From Dendrobates tinctorius (lineage: Eukaryota), in the NCBI RefSeq assembly GCF_039654945.1, contig NW_027361696.1, positions 14,570,001-14,634,000 on the forward strand: 64,000 nucleotides of DNA, in the 5' to 3' direction. Positions 37,019 through 49,421 of the stretch are shown piece by piece. Within the stretch, counting starts at the first letter, position 1. Each line of letters begins with the position of its first letter. A model generated the notes under the pieces. The model had not been told where the DNA came from. It saw only the letters and a program-made list of their open reading frames with translations, and searched no databases. Position numbers and translations under genes: made by a program.

Positions 37019-37789
37019 GATATATTTAAGTAAATAGAAGTCTCGTCGTCGTTCTCAGATCATCGTCTTCCTGGTCCTGCAGGATGGCGCCATTACAATG
37101 CCCACATCCTGCCCGGCATGTCCGCTGTCAGTCCTTACCACAATTTGTGCATGAAACAGAAAGCTCAGGATGAGCAGCACTCCCCACATCAGGTTGCTGA
37201 GGAGCAGGGAATGGTGTATATCAGGATGGGGGTTGTGGGTCGCCACCTCCTCGATATCTCCAGTCCTCCTATATCTGCATGTTTCTGTTTGACCTTGATT
37301 TTGATATTTTTTTTGTACTCTATCATTTCTGCTGCACATGAATAGCTGCTGTATAATGGGATGGCCTCGACCGTGTGGGGTCCTTAACTTTCAGTATTGA
37401 GAGGTGAGGGGATCTGATAGAGATGTGCAGGATACTGGGTGACACGGATAGAAGTGTGGCCCGGTAAACAGCGCCTGTGGTCTCGGGCCATCCTGTACCC
37501 CCCGTGGTACATTGCCAGTACCCTCACAAGGTATGTGTGCCAGCTGTGCCGCCCCTAGAGTGCACGTGTCGGTCATGCTGTTGCCACAGTGTGGGAGTCC
37601 TGATTTGCTTTTAGGAATATGTATGACGGCCATGCTGTGCTGCCTCCAGGGTGTCTTCCACCCTATGTGACCATGTGAGTTGTTACCTGCCCCTCTCGCA
37701 AGATCCTGTGAGTCAGCCTGTGCCCCCAGTCTGTACCCTTGTTAGGGAGTGCCACTAACTAGCAGGCTGTAGTTCCTTGTGGTCCTACT

Positions 37790-38335
37790 GTGAGTCACAG
37801 TGCCCCCCTGCGTGCCTGTGTTAAGGTTGTGCCCCAATTGTGAGCCAGGCCCTTTGGGTAGGTGCAAGTTTATGCCTCTATTGGGCCTGACCCTGTGGGT
37901 AGGTGCAGGCTTGCGCCCCCATTGTGAGCCATACACTGTAAGTAGGTGCAGACTGTGCCCTCATTGTGAGCTGGGCCCTCTGGGTAGGTGCAGGCTGTGC
38001 CTCCATTATGGGCCCAGCACTCTGAGTAGGTGCAGGCTGTGCCCCTATTGTGAGCCTGGGTCCTGTGGGTTGTTGCAGGCTGTACCCCCATTGTGAGTTA
38101 AACCCTGTGGGTAAGTGCAGGCTGTGCCCCCATTGTGAGCCTGGGCCCTGTGGCTTGGTGCAGGCTGTGCCTCTATTGTGAGCTGGACCCTCTGGGTAGG
38201 TGCAGGCTGTACCCCCATTATGAGCAGGGAGCTCTGGGTAGTTGCAAGCTTGAACCCCTATTGTAAGCTGGGCCCTCTGGGTAGGTGTAGGCTGTGCCCC
38301 CATTGTGAGCTGGACTCTCTGGGTAGGTGCAGGAG
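37790..38335. repeat. 42-bp minisatellite, diverged array A
   Basis: GGGTAGGTGCAGGCTGTGCCCCCATTGTGAGCTGGGCCCT variants; same family as 46003-46955. Confidence 0.9.
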
Positions 38336-38379
38336 GCTTGTGCCCCCTCTTGTAGCTCTATGTTCCCCCCTCTTCTCAT

Positions 38380-39520
38380 AGCTGTGCGCCCCCCTCTCAT
38401 GGCTCTGTGCCCCCCCCATAGCTCTATACACCTCTGTACCGCCTCTTTTGCACCCTGCCCCTGTGGTTTTGGGGGTGAGGATGGACCATCGCTCCCTCTA
38501 TATCTGGGTTTGGTTCATTTGCTGGTAGATCAGAGCCTCTGCAGCTGCTGTAGCACAACTCCCAGCATGCACACAGTGGATGTTGGGTCCGGGGCTACCA
38601 AGTATTATAGGTACTTTATCCTAAAGGGCAGCTCTTCTGAGTGACTGGAGTCACACCTTAATAAGAGGACAACTGCCACTGCGGGGTCCTACTTATGATA
38701 TAACAGGAGAAACATTTGTCCTTTTTCCCACTTAATAATGACCTTTTGATTCCCCTGATGAATCCCCCTTATTGGGGAGGAAACGTGTAGGGAAGAGATA
38801 TTTAAGGTATGATGGGTTTACCATAGCAGCACACACTAGGGGACTGTCCTTGTGAGGACAGGAGCAATGCAGGGGCACGACAGGGAATAATAGAAATCCC
38901 CTTTTTCCCTTGGAAACAAATGTACTGGAACTCAGGTCCTGCTCCTGTCCTTGGTGAACCTGCCACGGGCTAAACGTCCATTGATGAGACCAAACTAATT
39001 TTTATATGGAGCACGCTTATGCACGAGCACTTTATTGGTTATGTGTATCACATGGTCCAGAAGTATTTTTAATATTCATGAATAAGTTAAATTTTATTTA
39101 GTTTTTAAAGGACTTTCATAGCTATACTCAGCGAGTGGGCAAGAGGTCACGGCCCCCTGCCCACCCTCAGACCACCGCTGCGGACCTTATCCCACACACC
39201 AGGGTGTTGCCTGAGAACCCCGTCTCCCCTGCACACCACAGCCCCATCTGGGTGTTATTTCCTCCCCTCCGCTGCCTGTCAGTGAATGGAGACATTCTTA
39301 TTACACCCAGAGCCGTAAACCTGGAAGTGCTGATGGGGTCACATCAGTATCGTATCCCGAGGGTGCCGTGCTGGGCGACCCCTCTAACTGCTACTGCTTA
39401 CCGGCAACATCGGTATACGTACAGCCACTATATCTTCTGTATATAATTATATAGAGCTGGTATAACCTGGGCATCTCCTGTATATAATTATATATGTACA
39501 GCCGGTATAATCTGGGCGTC
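38380..39520 (+). pseudogene. Decayed partial duplicate of CROCC intron 2 / exon 3 end / intron 3
   Basis: 38433-38656 aligns to 50756-50991 and 39128-39520 to 51239-~51600; only 11 nt of exon 3 kept, donor GTAAGA changed to GCAAGA. Confidence 0.9.
38751..38793 (+). ncRNA. Minimal type I hammerhead ribozyme candidate
   Basis: TCCC-CTGATGA-A-TCCCC-CTTATT-GGGGA-G-GAAA-C-GT-GTA-GGGA: stem I TCCC/GGGA, both core boxes, 5-bp stem II, GUA triplet. Confidence 0.65.
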
Positions 39521-39526
39521 TAGTTA

Positions 39527-42500
39527 CAGGTGCTTCTCACTAAATTAGACTATCATCAATTCTTCAATACAAAAAGTGAAACTCATATATAGTCATTACA
39601 AACAGTGATCTATTTCACATGTTTATTTCTGTTAATGATTATGGCTTACAGCCAATGAAAACCCAAAAGTCATTATCTCAGTAAATTAGAATAATTAACA
39701 AAAAAAACACCTCCAAAGGCTTCCTAAGTGTTCAAAAAGGTTCCTTAGTCTGTTTCAGTAGCGCCACAATCATGGGGAAGACTGCTGACTTGACAGATGT
39801 CCAGAAGGCAGTCATTGACACACTCCACAAGGAGGGGAAGCCACAAAAGGTCATTGCTAAAGAAGCTGGCTGTTCAGAGTGCTGTATCCAAGCATATTAA
39901 TGGAAAGTTGAGAGGAAGGAAAAAGAGTGGTGGACAAAGGTGCACAAGCAACTGGGATAACCACCTTGAAAGGATTAAGAAAAGGCCATTCAGAAATTTG
40001 GAGGAGATTCACAAGGAGTGGACTGCTGCAGGAGTCATTGCTTCAAAAGCCACCACACACAGATGTATCCAGGACATGGGCTACAAGTGCACAGATGGAA
40101 AAGATCCCACTCCAACGAGCACTTCATCGCATTCAAACAGTCCCTCACTACTTTCAAGACCACACTCGCCACAGCTAAACAAACCTACTTCTCATCTCTC
40201 ATATCCTCCCTGTCTCACAACCCTAAACAGTTATTCAACACCTACAATTCTCTCCTCCGCCCCCCCAGCAGCTCCTCCCTCCCCACTAATCTCAGCTGAA
40301 GACTTTGCCTCATTTTTCAAGCAGAAGATTGATAACATCAGAGACAGTTTTAGTCAACAACCCCCAGAGCCCTTCCTCCCGGCTTCCCAGCCCTCCACCT
40401 TCAAAACCAACTTCTCCACCATTACAGAAGATCGACTCTCCACTCTACTCTCAAGATCACATCTCACCACCTGTGCACTTGACCCGATCCCATCCCACTT
40501 CATACCAAACCACACCACAGTCTTCATCCCAACCCTAACCCTTCTCTTCAACCTATCACAACTGGTGTTTTCCCCTCAAGCTTTAAACATGCCTCCATCA
40601 CACCTATCCTCAAAAAGCCCTCTCTTGAGCCATCCTCTGCATCTAGCTATCGCCCTATATCACTTCTCCCCTACGCCTCCAAGCTCCTGGAACAACACGT
40701 CTACCTTGAACTGTCCTCCCATCTCTCTTCTTGCTCCCTCTTCGACCGCTGACAATCTGGCTTCCGGTCACACCACTCCACTGAAACTGCCCTTACTAAG
40801 GTCACCAATGACCTCTTAACCGCCAAGAGCAAGCGACACTACTCTCTCCTCCTCCTCCTGGACCTGTCGGCTGCCTTTGACACTGTGGACCATTCCCTAT
40901 TATTACAGACTCTCTCATCCCTCGGCATCACAGACTTGGCCCTATCCTGGATCTCATCATACCTAACAGACCGGACATTCAGCGTCTCCCACTCACACAC
41001 CACCTCCTCCCCTCGCCCCCTATCTGTCGGAGTCCCACAAGGTTCAGTCCTTGGCCCCCTGCTGTTCTCCATTTACACCTTTGGCCTGGGACAGCTCATA
41101 GAATCTCATGGCTTTCAGTATCATCTCTACGCTGATGACACACAGATCTACATCTCTGGACCAGATATCACCTCCCTACTAACCAGAATCCCTCAATGTC
41201 TGTCCACTATTTCATCCTTCTTCTCCGCTAGATTTCTGAAACTCAACATGGACAAAACAGATTTCATCATCTTTCCCCCATCTCACGTGACCCCCCCCCT
41301 ACGAACCTATCAATTACAGTAAATGACTGCCAACTCTCCCCAGTCCCACAAGCTCGCTGCCTCGGAGTAATCCTTGACGCTGATCTCTCCTTCAAACCAC
41401 ATATCCAAGCCCTTTCCACTTCCTGCCGACTTCAACTCAAAAATATTTCACGAATCCGTTCATTCCTCACCCAAGAATCTGCAAAAACCCTAGTCCATGC
41501 CCTCATAATCTCTCGCCTTGACTACTGCAACCTCCTGCTCTGTGGCCTCCCCTCAAACACTCTCGCACCCCTCCAATCTATTCTAAACTCTGCTGCCCGA
41601 CAAATCCACCTGTCCCCCCGTTATTCCCCAGCTTCTCCCCTCTGTCAATCCCTTCACTGGCTCCCCATTGCCCAGAGACTCCAGTACAAAACCCTAACCA
41701 TGACATACAAAGCCATCCACAACCTGTCTCCTCCATACATCTGTGACCTCGTCTCCTGGGACTTTCCCGCACGCAACCTCCGATCCTCACAAGATCTCCT
41801 TCTCTACTCCCCTCTTATCTCCTCTTCCCACAATCGCATACAAGATTTCTCTCGCGCATCACCCCTACTCTGGAACTCTCTACCACAACATATCAGACTC
41901 TCACCTACCATCGAAACCTTCAAAAAGAGCCTGAAGACCCACCTCTTCCGACAAGCCTATAACCTGCAGTAACCACCGATCGACCAAACCGCTGCACGAC
42001 CAGCTCTACCCTCGCCTACTGTATTATCACCCATCCCTTGTAGATTGTGAGCCCTCGTGGGCAGGGTCCTCTCTCCTCCTGTTCCAGTTATGACTTGTAT
42101 TGTCTAAGATTATTGTACTTGTTTTTATTATGTATACCCCTCCTTACATGTAAAGCGCCATGGAATAAATGGCGCTATAACAATAAATAATAATAATAAT
42201 AACAAGTGTCGCTTTCCTTGTGCCAAGCCACTCGTGACCAATAGACAACGCCAGAAGCGTCTTACCTGGGCCAAGGAGAAAAAGAACTGGACTGTTGCTC
42301 AGTGGTCCAAGGTGTTGTTTTCAGATGAAAGCAAATTTTGCATTTTATTTGGAAATCAAGGTCCCGGAGTCTGGAGGAAGAGTGGAGAGGCCACAATCCA
42401 AGCTGCTTGAGGTCTAGTGTGAAGTATCCACAATCAGTGATGGTTTGGGGAGCCATGTCATCTGCTGGTGTAGGTCCACTGTTTTATCAAGACCAAAGTC

Positions 42501-42809
42501 AGCGCAGCCGTCTACCAGGAAACTTTAGAGCACTTCATGCTTCCCTCTGCTGACAAGCTTTTTGGAGATGGAAATTTCATTCTCCAGCAGGACTTAGTGC
42601 CTGTCCACACTGCCAAAAGTACCAATACCTGGTTTACAAACAGCAGTATCACCGTGCTTGATTGGCCAGCAAACTCACCTGACCTTAACCCCCAAAGAGA
42701 ATCTACGGCATATTGTCAAGAGGAAGATGAGAGACACCAGACCCAACAATGCAGATGTTTTAAAATTAAAACTTTTTTGATTTTATTCTAATTTGGTGAG
42801 AAGCACTTG
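39527..42809 (+). mobile_element. Defective Tc1, same family as 17327-20206
   Basis: TA-CAGGTGCTTCTCACTAAATTAGA ... TCTAATTTGGTGAGAAGCACTTG; transposase MGKTADLT...FSDESKF... split by an L2. Confidence 0.9.
40090..42201 (+). mobile_element. 5'-truncated L2-clade LINE (RT, frameshifted)
   Basis: [16 protein letters not shown] and YADDTQIY motifs; 3' stem-loop and (TAA)n tail; TSD ACAAGTG at 40083-40089 / 42202-42208. Confidence 0.92.
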
Positions 42810-42854
42810 CATATGTACAGATGTTATAACCTGGGCATCTCCTGTATATAATTA

Positions 42855-44370
42855 CTAGCTGAAGAGCCCGGCGTTGTCTGGGCATAGTAACCTACTGTGG
42901 TTAGTTATAACAAAGTATAATGATTATGTTGCACATAAAACCATTTCACATCATATATTCAACACTACAGATTCGCAACACAAATTAACTAAACGATTAC
43001 CCAAGTATTGATAGTATTTTATTTTCAACTCATTCAAGAGCCTTTTGATAAACAACATGCTTGGTTTTTCCTTTCAGTGCAAAGATGAACAGATTTTTGG
43101 CAGTTCCAACTCTTGAACAGATCACGTAAAGTTGACCATGAGAAAAGCATGGAGATTGCAAATCGATCACTACTACTTTCAAGGACTGTCCCTGAGCATT
43201 GTTAATGGACATTGCAAATAGCAGTTGAACTGGAAACTGTAGGCGTTTAAAATAAAAAAAAAAAAATCAGATGGAATGAGTGGAATTCTTGGAATGAAAA
43301 TGTCCTCTCCTTTGGTACATCTGGTTTCTGAGCTGTGTATCTAACCCTATCCTGTGTGATAATGTCTGCTGAGCTGTGTACGTAATCCTCTCCTGTGTGA
43401 TACTTTCTGCTGAGATGTGTATCTAATCCTATCCTGTGTGATGTCTGCTGAGCTGTGTATCTAATCCTATCCTGTGTGATACTGACTGCTGAGCCGTGTA
43501 TCTAATCCTATCCTGTGTGATACTGTCTGCTGAGCCATGTGTCTAATTCTCTCCTGTGTGATACTGACTGCTGAGCCGTGTATCTAATCCTATCCTGTGT
43601 GCTGAGCTGTGTATCTAATCCTATCCTGTGTGATACTGTCTGCTGAGCCGTGTATCTAATCCTATCCTGTGTGATACTGGGCTCCCCCTGCAGTCTGTGT
43701 CAGAGGGTGGTCTGTGTCGGCACGGTAATAAATTGTGTTATTTCCAGCTTTACAGAAGGACGATAACACCATAGAAATGATAAGAATAATAGGCCTCAGT
43801 TACCACAACTGTCTACAAAGAAAACTGTTGCTGATAGCAACCAATCACAGCTCATTTTTCATCTTTTAAACAGCTCTGGGACAGCATGGCGAGTTTTGAG
43901 TGGCGACTTTTGTGTTTCGACTTTTATGTGGCGAGGCTGGTGTATGTCTGGTGAAATGTGTGCGGAGGGTGGTATATGTGTTGAAGCACGTGGTAGTGTG
44001 TGGCGCACTTTGTGTGTGTGTTCATATCCCCGTGTGTGGTGAGCATCCCATGTCAGGGCCCCACCTTAGCAACTGTACGGTATATACTGTTTGGCGCCAT
44101 CGCTCTCATTCTTTAAGTCCCCCTTGTTCACATCTGGCAGCTGTCAATTTGCCTCCAACACTTTTCCTTTCACTTTTTCCCCACTATGTAGAGAGGGGCA
44201 AAATTGTTTGGTGAATTGGATCGCGCGGGGTTAAAATTTCGCCTCACAACATAGCCTATCACGCTCTCGGGGTCCAGACGTGTGACTGTGCAAAATTTTG
44301 TGGCTGTAGCTGCAACGGTGCGGATGCAAATCCCGGACACACATACATACATTGAGCTTTATATATTAGA
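42855..44370 (-). mobile_element. Non-autonomous Helitron with PIF1-helicase C-terminal fragment
   Basis: Minus strand starts TC (44370), ends CTAG (42855) after GC hairpin GCCCAGACAACGCCGGGC, inserted between A and T; encodes [36 protein letters not shown]...[13 protein letters not shown]. Confidence 0.9.
43325..43680. repeat. 41-bp minisatellite inside the Helitron
   Basis: Unit TGCTGAGCTGTGTATCTAATCCTATCCTGTGTGATACTGTC, about 9 copies. Confidence 0.9.
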
Positions 44371-44374
44371 TATA

Positions 44375-45982
44375 CAGTGGGGAAAAAAAGTATTTAGTCA
44401 GTCAGCAATAGTGCAAGTTCCACCACTTAAAAAGATGAGAGGCGTCTGTAATTTACATCATAGGTAGACCTCAACTATGGGAGACAAACTGAGAAAAAAA
44501 AATCCAGAAAATCACATTGTCTGTTTTTTTTTTTCATTTTATTTGCATATTATGGTGGAAAATAAGTATTTGGTCAGAAACAAAATTTCATCTCAATACT
44601 TTGTGATATATCCTTTGTTGGCAATGACAGAGGTCAAACGTTTTCTGTAAGTCTTCACAAGGTTGCCACACACTGTTGTTGGTATGTTGGCCCATTCCTC
44701 CATGCAGATCTCCTCTAGAGCAGTGATGTTTTTGGCTTTTCGCTTGGCAACACGGACTTTCAACTCCCTCCAAAGGTTTTCTATAGGGTTGAGATCTGGA
44801 GACTGGCTAGGCCACTCCAGGACCTTGAAATGCTTCTTATGAAGCCACTCCTTCATTGCCCTGGCGGTGTGCTTTGGATCATTGTCATGTTGAAAGACCC
44901 AGCCACATTTCATCTTCAATGCCCTTGCTGATGGAAGGAGGTTTGCACTCAAAATCTCACGATACATGGCCCCATTCATTCTTTCATGTACCCGGATAAG
45001 TCGTCCTGCCCCCTTTGCAGAGAAACAGCCCCAAAGCATGATATTTCCACCACCATGCTTTACAGTAGGTATGGTGTTTGATGGATGCAACTCAGTATTC
45101 TTTTTCCTCCAAACACGACAAGTTGTGTTTCTACCAAACCGTTCCAGTTTGGTTTCATCAGACCATAGGACATTCTCCCAAAACTCCTCTGGATCATCCA
45201 AATGCTCTCTAGCAAACTTCAGACGGGCCCGGACATGTACAGGCTTAAGCAGTGGGACACGTCTGGCACTGCAGGATCTGAGTCCATGGTGGCGTAGTGT
45301 GTTACTTATGGTAGGCCTTGTTACATTGGTCCCAGCTCTCTGCAGTTCATTCACTAGGTCCCCCCGCGTGGTTCTGGGATTTTTGCTCACCGTTCTTGTG
45401 ATCATTCTGACCCCAAGGGGTGGGATTTTGCGTGGAGCACCAGATCGAGGGAGATTATCAGTGGTCTTGTATGTCTTCCGTTTTCTAATTATTGCTCCCA
45501 CAGTTGATTTCTTCACTCCAAGCTGGTTGGCTATTGCAGATTCAGTCTTCTCAGCCTGGTGCAGGGCTACAATTTTGTTTCTGGTGTCCTTTGACAGCTC
45601 TTTGGTCTTCACCATAGTGGAGTTTGGAGTCAGACTGTTTGAGGGTGTGCACAGGTGTCTTTTTATACTGATAACAAGTTTAAACAGGTGCCATTACTAC
45701 AGGTAATGAGTGGAGGAAAGAGGAGACTCTTAAAGAAGAAGTTACAGGTCTGTGAGAGCCAGAAATCTTGATTGCTTGTTTCTGACCAAATACTTATTTT
45801 CCACCATAATATGCAAATAAAATGAAACAAAAACAGACAATGTGATTTTCTGGATTTTTTTTTCTCAGTTTGTCTCCCATAGTTGAGGTCTACCTATGAT
45901 GTAAATTACAGACGCCTCTCATCTTTTTAAGTGGTGGAACTTGCACTATTGCTGACTGACTAAATACTTTTTTTCCCCACTG
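44375..45982 (-). mobile_element. Full-length IR/DR-type Tc1 transposon (1608 bp)
   Basis: TA TSD 44373-44374 / 45983-45984; ~208-bp TIRs (44375-44583, 45776-45982) starting CAGTGGGGAAAAAAAGTATTTAGTCAG with inner direct repeat. Confidence 0.97.
44593..45615 (-). CDS. Tc1 transposase, 340 aa, DD34E
   Basis: Uninterrupted ORF; [21 protein letters not shown] with 34 residues between the second D and E. Confidence 0.95.
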   Translation of the reverse strand: MVKTKELSKDTRNKIVALHQAEKTESAIANQLGVKKSTVGAIIRKRKTYKTTDNLPRSGAPRKIPPLGVRMITRTVSKNPRTTRGDLVNELQRAGTNVTRPTISNTLRHHGLRSCSARRVPLLKPVHVRARLKFAREHLDDPEEFWENVLWSDETKLERFGRNTTCRVWRKKNTELHPSNTIPTVKHGGGNIMLWGCFSAKGAGRLIRVHERMNGAMYREILSANLLPSARALKMKCGWVFQHDNDPKHTARAMKEWLHKKHFKVLEWPSQSPDLNPIENLWRELKVRVAKRKAKNITALEEICMEEWANIPTTVCGNLVKTYRKRLTSVIANKGYITKY

Positions 45983-46002
45983 TATGTACAGCTGCTATAA
46001 CC

Positions 46003-46955
46003 CAGGCCCTTTGGGTAGGTGCAGGCTGTGCTCCCATTGTGAGCCGGACCCTGTGGGTTGGTGCAGGCTGTGTTCCCATTGTGGGCCGGACCCTGTGAGT
46101 TGGTGCACGCTGTGTCCTGCATTGTGGGCCGGACCCTGTGAGTTGGTGCAGTCTGTGCCCCCATTGTGAGCCGGACCCTGTGGGTTGGTGCAGGCTGTGT
46201 TCCCATTGTGAGCCGGACCCTGTGAGTTGGTGCAGGCTGTGCCCCCATTGTGAGCCGGACCCTGTGAGTTGGTGCAGGCTGTGCCCCCATTGTGAGTTGT
46301 CCCTCTGGGTTGGTGCAGTCTGTGCCCCATTGTGAGCCGGACCCTGTGGGTTGGTGCAGGCTGTGTTCCCATTGTGAGCCGGACCCTGTGGGTTGGTGCA
46401 GGCTGTGCCCCCATTGTGAGCCGGACCCTGTGGGTTGGTGCAGGCTGTGCCCCCATTGTGAGCCAGACCCTGTGGGTTGGTGCAGGCTGTGTTCCCATTG
46501 TGAGCCGGACCCTATGGGTTGGTGCAGGCTGTGCCCCCATTGTGAGCTGGACCCTGTGGGTTGATGCAGGCTGTGCCCCCATTGTGAGCCGGACCCTGTG
46601 GGTTGGTGCAGGCTGTGCCCCCATTGTGAGCCAGACCCTGTGGGTTGGTGCAGGCTGTGTTCCCATTGTGAGCCGGACCCTATGGGTTGGTGCAGGCTGT
46701 GCCCCCATTGTGAGCTGGACCCTGTGGGTTGGTGCAGGCTGTGTTCCCATTGTGAGCCGGACCCTATGGGTTGATGCAGGCTGTGCCCCCATTGTGAGCC
46801 GGACCCTGTGGGTTGGTGCAGGCTGTGTTCCCATTGTGAGCCGGACCCTGTGGGTTGGTGCAGGCTGTGTTCCCATTGTGAGCCGGACCCTATGGGTTGG
46901 TGCAGGCTGTGCCCCCATTGTGAGCCGGACCCTGTGGGTTGGTGCAGGCTGTGCC
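46003..46955. repeat. 42-bp minisatellite, homogeneous array B
   Basis: Unit GGTTGGTGCAGGCTGTGCCCCCATTGTGAGCCGGACCCTGTG, about 22 copies. Confidence 0.95.
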
Positions 46956-47274
46956 TAGTGCTCCCTGAGTTGAGCAGTCGCCTTTCGGGCTACCCTGTGA
47001 TGGAGATGATGTGATGGGTTTTCTGCAGGACAGTCACCTGAATTCAGGCCATTCTCCCCTGACAACCTCACAGTTTGTGTTTACCAGCCACACACACGCT
47101 AATAAGCTTAGGATTACCACCGCAGCCTTTCCCCGGCTTCCCTACCTGGTAACCAGGGCGCAGAACAAAAGCCCTTTAAATTGATTGATTGTGTGCGGGG
47201 CGGCGGCCACCTGCATCCATGGAAAGTGACCAGAGACGACAGAAGGCACCGAGCAGCAGTCAGGACGGCCGGCA

Positions 47275-47600
47275 GCCCCGCACACAGGTGAGTATGCCGC
47301 TCCCAGGGGGGTCCCCACACACAGGGAGTATGCCGCTCCCAGAGGGGCCCCCCCCCGCACACAGGTGAATCTGCCGCTCCCAGGGGGGCCCCCTGCACAC
47401 AGGCGAGTCCGCCGCTCCCAGGGGGGCCCCCGCCCACAGGCGAGTCCGCCGCTCCTAGCGGGACCCCCGCACACAGGCGAGTCCACCGCTCCTAGCGGGA
47501 CCCCCTTACAGGCAAGTCCGCCGCTCCTTGCGGGACCCCTGCACACTGGTGAGTCTGCCGCTCCTAGCGGGACCCCCGCACACAGGCGAGTCCGCCGCTC
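47275..47600. repeat. ~37-bp GC-rich minisatellite
   Basis: CCCCGCACACAGGCGAGTCCGCCGCTCCTAGCGGGAC variants. Confidence 0.85.
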
Positions 47601-48575
47601 ACACAGACGCTTCCAAAGTAAATCCCTGCAATTGGCTACTGAGCCAGGAGTTTGAGCAAGTGATGGAGCAATTGTGGGAGCCTCCATTGCTGGGGCTGCT
47701 CTTAATGTATCCGTCAGAGGTGGACAAACCGAAGGTGCAGCCGCAGGAGGGCCCCGAGGTCAGGGGCCACGTCCAGCGCCAAGCTGCACACAGCACTGAG
47801 CTATCGCCAGCACGGGGCATCTCTGCTGTCCTGCCCCATGGCTGCCTCCGATGTATCTGCTCTGCAGCCCCCCTCCCGTTGGCTGTCACTTCTTTCCTGG
47901 GATACTGCCTGGGCTCCTGAGGCGACTGGAGGCCGGGGCCGATCTTCAGCTTCGGGGGCTTCTCTACCTCTCACCCAGTGGGCACTGCAGACCTCGGGTG
48001 GCGCAGATGCCCTCATGGCCTCCGCCGCCTCCAGGCCATACACTGGGGGGGTGACATTCACTTGACCTCCCGGTCTGCAACATAGACCCCATCGCGGCTG
48101 AAACGTCTGGTTCACCGCCTCGTTGTGCCCCATCCGTCTGTGGCGGCTCCCCCTAGGTGGAGGGTGACTGTGCTGGATTTAGGAAGCTTTTCATTCTGGG
48201 CCAGGACAAATATAGAAGCGTGGCGGGAGGATGACATCTCCTTAGATCTGACAATTGCTGCAGGCTGGAGAGTGCGGGGGTGAAGGGAAACCTTACACAA
48301 CTCAGCAGTGCCCGCCCTCCGTGCACCTCCAAGCCTGCTTTGCATACAGCTCATGCACTTGATTTCTACGGATCAGACGTGGAAGGGGTCATTTATATCG
48401 GGGGAGCAGCCGCACCACCACTGCCCCATGTACTTGCCTGTTGACAGTGTCCCTGTGATAAGAAGCTATCGCGGCTATAGAAGGGTTTGGCTGCAGGCTC
48501 ACAGTCCAGCGCAGGGTTAGCGGCTGCCTGGGCTTCATTCACTTTTGTGTCCAAAACATGGCGGATGTGTAATCC

Positions 48576-49421
48576 CAGGGTTGGACTGGCCCACCGGGGA
48601 ACCGGAGGATTCTCTGGTGGGCCCAGGCACTTACACCTGCTGGCATACAGGGCCGACAGCTGCCTAGGGCCCCCGCTGCTCCAGTGGCGTGTCGCTAATA
48701 TCGGCACACCTAGCTGCAATGGGGCCCGTGAGTCAGGGGGCCCGCCCGATGTCAGAGGAGCAGCAGCTGGAGACAGGAGCCTGTCCCCGCTGCTAAAGAG
48801 AAATGAATATTCACGCTTCCCTGTGTGTGTGTGTGTATTGGAGAGAGCAATGATCTGGGTGATGGAAGGAGCACTGGTGGGGGAGAAGGCAATGTTGGTG
48901 GTGGAAAGGATGATGGGGTGGTGGGGGAGGAGGCAATGATGGAGGTGGTGGGGGAGGAGGCAATGATGGAGGTGGTGGGGGAGGAGGCAATGATGGAGGT
49001 GGTGGGGGAGGGAGAACAATGAAGGAGGGAGGCTGCATCATATTATATAAAGGGGCTGTGTTATACTTTATGAGGGCACTACATTATATTCTGCGGGAGC
49101 TGGATTATGCCGTATGAAGGGGCCACAGTATATTATATGGGGGGGGGCGGCATCATGCCCTATGAGAGGGCTACATTATATTCTATGGGGGGCTGCATTA
49201 TATTTTGTAGGGGGCTGCATTATATTTTATGACGGGGCTACTTTATAATCTATGAGGGGGCTACCCCAACCCCTGCTACATAATTAAGAGGTGTACTACC
49301 TTATATTATACCCTGAAATTAGCGTGTTTTACCGCACAATTGGTGGTCTTGCACTTATTTCTGAGTAGCTACATAGTGGGCCTCAAGAATGATGGGCCTA
49401 AGGTGCTCCAGTTCGATCCTG
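48576..49421. mobile_element. Diverged non-autonomous hAT element upstream of CROCC
   Basis: TIRs CAGGGTTGGACTGG / CCAGTTCGATCCTG; TSD TGTAATCC / TGCAATCC (7 of 8). Confidence 0.65.

Noticed and set aside
39797-40819. 340-aa ORF as a Tc1-LINE fusion protein
   Set aside because: Chance read-through across frameshifted Tc1 and L2 pieces; junction is a TSD-flanked insertion.
44966-45706. 246-aa + strand ORF
   Set aside because: Antisense shadow of the Tc1 transposase.
45946-46958. Repetitive ORFs, some Cys-rich like keratin-associated proteins
   Set aside because: 42-bp minisatellite translations.
47600-48550. Possible Tx1-type LINE ORF1 relic on minus strand
   Set aside because: Only faint motif resemblance; cannot be supported without a search.
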